Positions 53,950 to 64,000 of a stretch of 64,000 bases of DNA are shown here, one piece after another. This DNA comes from Octopus vulgaris (lineage: Eukaryota). The stretch covers positions 25,978,001 to 26,042,000 of the forward strand of contig OX597836.1 of assembly GCA_951406725.2 (NCBI GenBank), read 5' to 3'. A model generated the notes under the pieces. It worked only from the letters and a program-made list of their open reading frames with translations. It was not told the origin of the DNA and did not search any database. The position numbers and the translations under genes were made by a program. The number at the start of each line of letters is the position of its first letter. Position 1 is the first letter of the stretch.

Positions 53950-56900
53950 AGAATTAAGATGGATTGAGTTTTCCATGTACTAACAAAATTTTCAGAGATA
54001 AAATCTAAATGATGAAACAGAATCAGCGACATAAAACGAAAAACGAACCTTACCGTCATAAACTTAGATTTGAACACCAACATTACCAACATATCAAAAA
54101 GAACCTCAGAACAAACAGAATATCCCAACCAAACTACTACAGCAGGGCCATCGAAATCCATGTAAACAACTTGGCAAGCAGAGAGACAATAGGGTGATAC
54201 ATAGAAAAGAAAGGATCTGTCACAAGTCTGGAAAATAAGGGACAAATACTATAAAAACCAAAACGTAGTTCCCTCCCTTTAAATCAAAGAAGTTCTAAAA
54301 ATAAAAGATATTGGTTAAATCTGCCGTTATGAACAGATGCAAGGATTCTTTTGGCAAAACAGAATTTTCGACGTTCATTCAAAACAATTTTACCGAGAAG
54401 CAGATAAAAAAAACAAGCTACAATTCATTGAAACTAAAATGAAGGACAAGAACTGGAATGGGTGGATACGGTAAATAAAGCACCCATGCGCAAAGAAAGA
54501 AGTGCAATACTTGAACAATAGCAGTTTGTGGGTGAATAACAGCAAGAGAAATAGCCAGGTACTTTAAAAAGGAAATTAACAACCAGACACAAAGAATTGG
54601 TCTAAACATTTGGCAGCACCACGTGTTTATGAATGTGTTTAATAACTTTTTGAAAGATGAATAAGCAACATCCGATTGGGTCCGAGAGGAATGAACGTAT
54701 TAACGAGAATCTCTGCTAGAAACAGCAGTTATATCTTGTTTAAATGAAACCTAACCTACTTTAAAATGGTTACATAGTGTAATTTAATCTAGAGTAAAAT
54801 ATTCAGATTAACATAGATGAGATGGTCACGTTTGGAATGGTATTTATTATTGGTCTACTCGATCAGAACGTACTTTTAGTAAACAACAACAACAGCAGTT
54901 GGCACGTCAAATAAATCATCAATAAATGGAAGACAATTAATTCTGCAGATAGAAACAGAACCTGGAACAATAAAACAGAACTTTTTTCCTATTTGAAGGA
55001 GCCTATTCCATGAGAACTCCATGTTTCTTCTGTTTCCTTGTCAAACGTTAACATTTATAACCAACATGTTGAACTAGACTGAACTCAGATGCAATTGCTG
55101 TAGAATGGCAATAAATAATATGTGCTACTCATGGATTACCTCAATGGAATACTGAAGATCACAAACAAGTAGAAACCCTGTAAAATACAGTTTACAGATT
55201 GATTCAATGAAAACAAAATTTGCTTTAGAAAAATATGCAAAAGGAAGATTGGCTCTGAAGAAATATTTAAGACACGACTGTGTTAGTTAACGAAACAGAT
55301 GTAGGACAATTAGACCAAACTCAGATTGAAACTTATTTTGGGATTCATGAACTCGGCAGAGCGCAACGCACATAAATTAAAGAACAACTTAAAAGAAATA
55401 ATATAGGTGGATTAAGTAAACTATTAAAAAAGAGTTAAATGCTAAAACTAAGTTAAGATATATCAATACTGTAGCTTCTACAGTAATAAGATAGAGTTTG
55501 AAATAAATTTCTACTGCAGCTACATGAATTAGATTGTTCAAAATAACACAAGCAAGAAGCAAGATACAATAACTGCATCATTTAAAAGAACGATTATATT
55601 TTGAAGGAATACGTGGGGAAAGAGCTTTATGCAATTGGGAAATTACTATACAATATCAACTCAACGACCACAAAAATGTATTGTAAAGAATAGAAGGAAA
55701 GTATATGACATAAGTAGAACACGTGAATGAATCATAAAACTAGGTTTGAGGTAAGATAGAGTTTTGATAAGGATGGAGAATGAACGTCAGAAAGCATTTA
55801 GAAAGCAGCAAACATTAAAAGTAAACAGAAAATAGGATGGCTAAATATTTACACTAAGACGTTGACAAGAAAAGTTCCTTCCTCCTTCATGGCCAATATT
55901 GGAGAAGATTAAGCAAAGCGGAAATGGATAAATAAGATTACTGCACTAACAGAAAAGTGAAGGACTTAATATTGAAAGCATAAGGTTTTCGATTGTGGCA
56001 CCGGACCAAATTCTTCTTAACAGAAATTGTCTAAAACATAAAAGTAACAAGAGAAAACGGAAGTTTAGAAAATATGGAGATTGTGATAAAGCAATTTCTT
56101 TGTTTTGACTGTCCAGTAGAGAGCAAATGTAAGTACGAGCATGGCATAATTGGAAGATTGATAGAGAGGAAATTATGGTAGGATTATGGAAAGCCAAAGA
56201 GGAAAAAAATACAGATGTTAGAAATATATAAAGCAGAAAGAAGACAGTGAACAACGAAATGGCAATACTCTAGGGCGAGTCGATTGATACAGGCAGGATA
56301 AAGGAAAATCGATCAGATATTATTGCTAAAAGCTACAAGGAAAAGAAATGTCCTAAAACCGATGTATCAATTCAAACGAACGGCCATATTTCTCGGAAAG
56401 AAGGTGAGAAACTATCCATAAATAAAGAACTGGAAATAGAGAAAGCGAGACTGCGTGAAACAAGCCACAAAATAATAGGTGCACTGGGAAAGATTCAAAG
56501 AGAAGTAGACAGAAATATAAGAGAAATCCTGACATGTAGCCACAACTGACATTAATACTCAAGGCACTGAACACATAAGGTATGAGGGGGAGGAATTTCA
56601 ATAGAACAATAATAGCAAAAAAATACTAGACATTCACAGTAGTGTATGCTCACACACACACACACATACATACACAAACCTACATATATGTACACATACA
56701 CACACATATACACACGTAGACGTGCACGGGCGCAGCAGCAATGGATTGTGCAATGAAAGCATTCGATAAAAGACCGCTAAAACCATAACAGAACGATCCA
56801 AATATAGAGATACGGAAATGGAGATACCGAGAATGTAAGGAGTGGAAACAGAAAGAATCCCCACGAAGATGTATGCTTTAACAATGGTTTAAAAAAAGAC

Positions 56901-57105
56901 ATTCAAGCAAATACATAACCGAAGTGTTTACGCATTTACATAACATAAAGAAAATAAGACTTTTCCGCCCTGAACAGATTTTATGTAAAATATTTCAATG
57001 CAATTGGGTGTAGAATCGGAAAAGGAACGCCACATACCGCCAATACACACAGAGCTGTGTTCAGTCGTGAATGAAAGAATATATTGAAATAATGACTACT
57101 GGAAT
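53950..57105 (+). mobile_element. Long decayed R4/Dong-like LINE (RT to 3' UTR) with (AAT)n tail to 57462
   Basis: GIFQGDS-like (54999-55030), LLMDYL (YMDDL-like, ~55125) and NRPD-like (56305) remnants; 3' UTR cacacagagctgtgttcagt..tactgga matches 16660-16718. Confidence 0.75.
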
Positions 57106-57106
57106 G

Positions 57107-57172
<66 letters not shown>

Positions 57173-57195
57173 GTAATAATAATAGTAATAATAAT

Positions 57196-57259
<64 letters not shown>

Positions 57260-57287
57260 GTAATAATAATAGAAATAATAATAATAA

Positions 57288-57318
<31 letters not shown>

Positions 57319-57348
57319 AATAATGATAATAAAAATAATAATAATAAA

Positions 57349-57437
<89 letters not shown>

Positions 57438-58199
57438 AGTAGTAATAATAATAATAATAATAAACGGCGTTGAATTATAATTTGTTCTAAAGAATTGCCA
57501 TTTTAAACAGACGATTAATAAAATTTCACATGAAAACAGAAAAAAAAAACTACAAAAGAACATGAGATGATAATAGGAAATATTCCCGTCTTGCATCAGA
57601 CATATTACGACTTCATGATAGAAGAGTTCAAATAACTTATAATCAGATTACAATAGCAACAACAGCAACAATAACAAAAAAACAGCGGCAGTAGCAGCAG
57701 CAGTAGCAGCAATAACGACTGCAACAAGAACAACAATAAAATTTTTACTGACTTTTGAAAATTGAAATTTCTATTGAACAAGAGATTTTAATAAGTTGTC
57801 TTCATAACAATGAAGAAACAGGAGAACGAAAAAAAAAAAACAATTGACTGATTCTTAACAACAGCAATAACAACAACAACAACAACAAGTTCCATCGTTT
57901 TTCTTGGGTTCCAGCCGTGACTGTGCCGTCTTTTCCGGCATAATTCATTCGGGACTAGATTAGACAGCGTGACCATCCATTTTAGCGCAACAAACTCCAG
58001 TCTTAATATTCTCTATCACTTATGTGTCCAAGACACCAGGAGATTCTATTGGGCTACGAGACAGCAAGGAAGTCTCTATGCAATGTCTTGACCAGCTAGA
58101 AATAACAGGCAAATTTTCCTCCAATGCTTTCCCAAGCTTCCTATAATTGTCTCAGGTGTCAATAAGGCCGCCAATAGACATAGGAACTTTCTTTTCCTC

Positions 58200-58400
58200 T
58201 CACCGTTCATCCAAGAATATGACAGCTGGATGGCCGAAGAGAAGGGCGCCCCGGTGCTGGTATTCATTTTCAACTGAGCAGACAGGACCAATGTAAAAAG
58301 GAGGGTCTTGCTCAAGGACACGGCGTGCTGCTCCGTCTGAGGATCGAAACCACGAATACGCGATCGCAGATCGAACATCGTACCCACTGGACCACACGCT
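58200..58400 (-). mobile_element. Diverged CORE-like SINE
   Basis: Reverse complement gcgtgtggtccagtgggta..ggtttcgatcct..gtgtccttgagcaagac. Confidence 0.7.
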
Positions 58401-59826
58401 TTCGCTGTAGACAAAGAATGGCCGAATAGTAAGGTTTGATTCACAATCATGAAATCCCGGCTTCCTTCGTACTACGGTCTTTAAAAAGAAAGAAAACGGA
58501 GCGACACACAGACAAAGGAAGTCTTGGACATAGTAACTTGAGTGTTGGTCACGGCTAGAACACATTTCATCAAAGCTCTTGCTCTATTAGAGAAGACTTT
58601 GAACCAAACAATACCAACAGCTGCAACTACTACTACTACTGCTACTGCCGCTGCTACTGCATCTACTACTATTACAACTACTGCTACTACTTCTACTACT
58701 ACTGCTAACACAATACCATCATAAACATTACACACAACCCTACAACGCTTCAGAACATTAGTACAAACGTATCCTAATAAAACCATACATTCTACTCAGA
58801 CCGGTAATACTCTGAGTCTGAATAAGAACTACAACAACATTACTATAAAACCATCCTAAAACTGTAAAGTATAGAAGCCATCTTATCAAGGCTAACCACA
58901 TAGGGGAGAGGGTGTTACTGTAGCTTTATAGCCCCAAGAGATCTTCGTCTCAAGCTGGCTTTAGACACAATATCTGTGTCCTTGGAGTATTTGCAAAGGG
59001 AGGCCATCCCTTCCTCGCAAGCCTGAGTGATACGCTGCTAAAACTGAAGCTGAACAATGACCGCGACAAAGAATCCAGAACAACCTTTATAAACTAATAG
59101 TAACAAATCTATCTTGCCTATTCTGTCCAAACAAAAACAGAAGCAGTCTCAATCCTTACATTATTCCCACACATCACGCTAAGATGTGCTTCAACAGAAC
59201 ATTACTACAACACAAGAGGATTAGCAATCTCTAGTTCAGCCGAAGACGTCTTATCCTACTGGTGTATATACAACCACAACTTAGTCATACACATAAGCCA
59301 GCAAAGGAAAGTGTTTGTGGTCGTTACTGCTTTTAAAATGTCTACGAGTTATAATGTGGAATTTGGTAATAGTGCTAATTAAATGTATTTTAAAATATAT
59401 TCGTGTTTGCTGCATTTGGAGGAAAAGTGTGATGTCTATAGAATTAGTTAAAAGGAATTTCTGTTTTCTAGTTTAAAAGTTTGAATTGATAATATGTCTA
59501 ATTTACATAAATTTCCATATGGAATAGATATGTGTAAGTAATTGACAATAGAATAATTTAGAAGAAACAATGGGAAATTAAAGAGGATAGGTAGAAGTGC
59601 GTTGTGTGGAGGGTGAACGACCTTGCAGAAACGGTAAGGGTATTTTCCAGTGAATAAGCAGCTACTATCAGTATGTGGACATGTATTAAATAATTTCTGT
59701 CTGGTGTTTAGTTAGCACAGAAGTTTAATTTACATACATACACGCAAACATACATTTACATACACACGCACATATATGTGTATGTATATGTGTTTTTGTG
59801 TATGTATGTATGTATGTTTCTGCCAG

Positions 59827-60244
59827 ACGGCGAGCTGGCAGAAACGTTAACGCGCCGGGCGAAATGCTTAGCGGTATTTCGTCTGCCGTTATGTTGTCAG
59901 TTCAAATTCCGCCGAGGTCGACTTTGCCTTTCATCCTTTCGGGGTCGATAAATTAAGTACCAGTTACGCACTGGGGTCGATGTAATCGACTTAATACCTA
60001 TGTCTGTCCTTGTTTGTCCCCTCTGTGTTTAGCCCCTTGTGGGTAATAAAGAAATAGGTATTTCGTCTGCCGTTACGTTGTGAGTTCAAATTCCGCAGAG
60101 GTCGACTTTGCCTTTCATCCTTTCGGGGTCGATAAATTAAGTACCAGTTACGCACTGGGGTCGATGTAATTGACTTAATACCTATGTCTGTCCTTGTTGG
60201 TCCCCTCTGCGTTTAGCCCCTTGTGGGTAATAAAGAAATAGGTA
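59827..60244 (+). mobile_element. SINE A dimer, 184-bp period
   Basis: ggtat recurs at 59873, 60057 and 60241; the two units are near identical. Confidence 0.93.
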
Positions 60245-60771
60245 TGTATGTATGTATGTGTGTATGTATAATTGTGTAAGATTTCTGACGCATAAAGATC
60301 TCGTGTGCGCAGCTTAATTTAACTTTGCGTATGAGTGGAACTGGAATAAATCGTTTGTGCTTCGTGTACGAAATATGTGAGGGTGGGGTGCGCTCACGCT
60401 CGCATGATTGTATATATGTGCGTGTGTGTGCGCACGTGTGCTTTTTAAATCTAGATAAACGCACAACATGAAAGCCTCAAAGTCACTGACACAATTAAAA
60501 CACACCATAATTAAATGATGATTACAGAAGATGGTAATTGCCAATGAAATATCGACTTTCTTTCAGCCGAAAAATCACTAGAGACGACAAGCTAATTTTA
60601 TGAAACTTTACTGAATAATCTAAAAGCGTACTTAAGTAGAAACGCGAGTGTGCGTGCGAGTCTGTGTGTGTGTTGATGTGCGTGTGTATGTGTAACAAAC
60701 TTTTCGTCAAGCATACATATACGTATACACATATACATACACACATATATATATATGTGTGTGTGTATGTA

Positions 60772-60811
<40 letters not shown>

Positions 60812-60846
60812 CACACACACAAACACACACACATATATAGTGGATT

Positions 60847-61036
60847 GTTGGCGATTTTTTCCTCCTTCTTCCTTATTCTCCTTGGATTCTCCTGTTTTAC
60901 CTGTATCCGGTGAAGGGCCATGCTTGAAACGTAAAACTACAACTCTCTTCTTTCTCTGAGTGTCTTATTAATACAGTGTTTGTGCTACGACCTCACGTTT
61001 GTTTCCTTTTACATTTTCTCTGTGTTTTTTTTAATT

Positions 61037-61040
<4 letters not shown>
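60847..61040 (+). mobile_element. Short Penelope-pLTR-like element with decayed HHR
   Basis: Homologous to reverse complement of 61614-61795; ccggtga-a-gggc-cat-gctt-GAAA-cg-TA at 60907-60933. Confidence 0.65.
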
Positions 61041-61096
<56 letters not shown>

Positions 61097-61124
61097 ATAA
61101 GGGTGAAAAGGAACACACGAGTTG

Positions 61125-61597
61125 ATATATATGAAAAAACAAGTCAAAATAGAAAATGCTAAAATAATTTTATAAAGAACATTACCGGTTTCGGTCATTT
61201 TGAGACCTTTTCAACTGTAACGATTAAATAATTAAATTTAGAAAAATTAGAAGAAAAGTTTTTTTAAAGGAATATTTGTATAGTAGTGTTCAAATATAAG
61301 TGGCATTCTGCCTTTCTCTGACTCCCTTGTTTGCACTTGTGTGCACTTGTTTGAGGGTTCCAGTTGTTCGACCTCGAACACACAAGTGCAAACAAGGGAG
61401 TCAGAGAAAGGCAGAATGCCACTTATATTTGAACACTACTATACAAATATTCCTTTAAAAAAACTTTTCTTCTAATTTTTCTAAATTTAATTATTTAATC
61501 GTTACAGTTGAAAAGGTCTCAAAATGACCGAAACCGATAATGTTCTTTATAAAATTATTTTAGCATTTTCTATTTTGACTTGTTTTTTCATATATAT
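61125..61597. repeat. 219-bp inverted repeat with 35-nt spacer and one mismatch; each arm carries an HHR-like motif
   Basis: Arms 61125-61343 and 61379-61597; only mismatch seen is 61185/61537. Confidence 0.95.
61178..61219 (-). ncRNA. Minimal hammerhead candidate, U3-A8 core variant
   Basis: acag-TTGAAAA-ggtc-tcaaaat-gacc-GAAA-ccgg-TA-atgt; mirrored at 61503-61544 (+) with one stem III change. Confidence 0.6.
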
Positions 61598-61613
61598 ATA
61601 TATATATATATAT

Positions 61614-61795
61614 AGTTAATCCAAACATGAAAACACAACAATCTGAGGACGTGGAACAAGTATAGTGTTATTGGACGCTCAGGAAAGGAAAGAAAGAAGG
61701 AGGATTTAACGTTTCGAGCGGAGCTCTTCGTCAGAAAGATAGAAAAAGGAAAGGTCCAAGGAAGGGAAGACGGAGAAAGAAAATCGCCACTGTAT
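61614..61795 (-). mobile_element. Short Penelope-pLTR-like element with minimal HHR at 61705-61737
   Basis: ttt-CTGACGA-a-gagc-tcc-gctc-GAAA-cg-TT-aaa; 3' end abuts (TA)n; related end fragment at 11231-11310. Confidence 0.7.
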
Positions 61796-61870
61796 ATAGG
61801 TGGTGCTATTAAGTTAGACATGGCCTGGGCCAATAATGGCCGAAACCTATCAAAGTATCAAAGTATCAAA

Positions 61871-61985
<115 letters not shown>

Positions 61986-62024
61986 ACATACATATGTATG
62001 TATGTATACATAGTGGTTATAGTG

Positions 62025-62300
62025 GTACTCTGCCTGTTACGACGACGAGGGTTCCAGTTGATTCGATCAATAGAACAGCCTTCTCCTAAAACTAATGTTC
62101 ACGTGACTGAGCACTCCACAGACACGCGTACCTTTAACGTAGTCTTCAGGAAGATTCAGCGTGGCACAGAATGTGGCAAGGCGGGCCCATTGAATTACAG
62201 GTACAACTTACTTTCACCAGCTGAGTGAACTACAGCAACGTGAAACAAAGTGTCTTGCTCAAGGACACAAGGCTCTGCCGGGAATCGAACTCATGTCCCT
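62025..62300 (-). mobile_element. Diverged SINE with D-type tail and CORE-like centre
   Basis: D tail homology at 62030-62205; gtgtcttgctcaaggacac near 62250-62268. Confidence 0.75.
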
Positions 62301-63840
62301 ACTTTCGTTGCCTTATAGTTGTTTCTGCTATAAGATGTCGCACATTAACATAGCTCTCAGTGCAATGCATTTTACTGTATACATAATAGTAAGCTGATGA
62401 AAGTGATTACGTAATTCTGCTCTTTTGGCCGTCATTAGGTGACTTTATGCCCTGTACACACTTGACGCTTTACTCTAAAGCATAATTATAGAAAACTATT
62501 GAAAAGGTTGCAACACGCAACGAAAATTTTAGGACAAGAAAAAATAAGAAATAAGTGGAAATTTTACCGGTGCGTGTGTTAAATAATAAGGCACAAAAAG
62601 AAAATGACTCTCCCCAGACACAACAGAATATGCTTCAACACACGAACTCATATAAAGAATCTTGCAAACCAAATCCAAAAACGAAATATAATTATTGAAG
62701 TCATCTGGCAAGACGGAACAATCATCGTGTATATATGTAGGCAGAATATGGTCAAATGGTTAGGAAATTCGCTTCGCAAGGTCCCGAGTTCGACCTCATT
62801 ACGTAGCATATTGAGCAAGTGTCATTTGCAATAGCCTCGAGTCGGCTCAAGGCTTGTGAGTGAAATATAATACACGGAAACTATGTAGCAGTCTATCTGC
62901 TGGATTATACCTTTTTATCAAAGGACCAACTTTACATCACACTCAATGATGTTGGTATCACCTGAGAATTACAATAACGGCACCTGTGTCTGCGGAATAC
63001 CCAAACACTCTAATTCAATGAACCTGGCAGCTCTGTTGACCAAACAGCGAAATATCACAACTAGCCATTTTTAACTGAGATATCTGTATATACCTATATG
63101 TAAGTGTAAACACGATTTCCTCTAATCGCGGACACCATTCAAGGTTGCCGGCACAATTAATTCACTGTATTCATCCATTCTACTATTTCATTATTCTTTC
63201 ATTCTTGTTCTGTTATCGTCCAGCAAGGTGGTATTGTGGCAGTAGGCTATAGTATGTATATTGAACATCGACTGAACAGCAGTGTGAAGAATGTGTTAAT
63301 AGCGAACTTGACTTCTGTATGTCAACACTACGAAAGAAGCTTCAACAGTGCATCGGGGATCGCTCGGCATACACAGGTAGATGGCTGATCATATAAACAG
63401 CGGTGCCTGAACGTAAAGATACCTATACGCATGAAAATATACACCACACACATATAAGCATGTATGTGTGTATATGGCTATATATATATAACTAATATAT
63501 ACACATATATATGTATGTATATATGTATACAATTATATATATATATACATGCACATAGACATCCTCACGTATATTTACATGTATATATATATATATATAC
63601 ACGCAAACAGACACACACATATTCATATGTCTGTATTCACACGTGTATATCTGTGAGTGTATGCGTGCATGTATATGCTTGTTTGTTATTTATAAATATA
63701 TGCAAACTTCTATCTATGTATAAATGCTAACATCCATGAACACTAGTATGTATATAAGCATGCATGTATATATGTGTGTGTATGCGTGAGAGAAAGAGTG
63801 TGTGTGCTCACACACACTCACATACACTCTCTCTCACTCA

Positions 63841-63847
<7 letters not shown>

Positions 63848-63907
<60 letters not shown>
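63848..63907. repeat. (CT)n microsatellite
   Basis: Direct reading. Confidence 0.95.
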
Positions 63908-63910
<3 letters not shown>

Positions 63911-64000
63911 CGCGCACACCTATTTTCAAATAACATTTCTAGGTCGATCTATAATTCGCCGAACTATACATATATAAATATTTAAAATGTTTATTTTGCC

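Overview
Eukaryotic, AT-rich, microsatellite-saturated non-coding DNA. From memory the repeat families match octopus (coleoid cephalopod), which is inference. No intact host protein-coding gene is supported, and almost all supplied ORFs are translations of simple repeats. The window holds about 40 copies of four tRNA-derived SINE families (labelled A-D here, several with 16-18 bp TSDs), at least seven remnants of R4/Dong-type LINEs with a restriction-like endonuclease (REL), several of them in (TAA)n tracts, a decayed mariner, hAT and piggyBac-type MITEs, a Helitron 3' end and a decayed Penelope-like RT. The main signal not shown by the ORF track is a set of hammerhead ribozyme (HHR) motifs in short non-coding elements, most beside (TA)n tracts. 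The best is a canonical type I HHR at 27265-27317 (minus) inside a 352-bp unit bounded by 38-bp direct repeats (retrozyme or pLTR-like). Others are a bulged type I HHR near 24950, a U3-A8 core variant duplicated in a 219-bp near-perfect inverted repeat near 61100-61600, and several minimal or long-stem-II HHRs. All folds were done by eye and ribozyme activity is untested. Boundaries of decayed elements are approximate.
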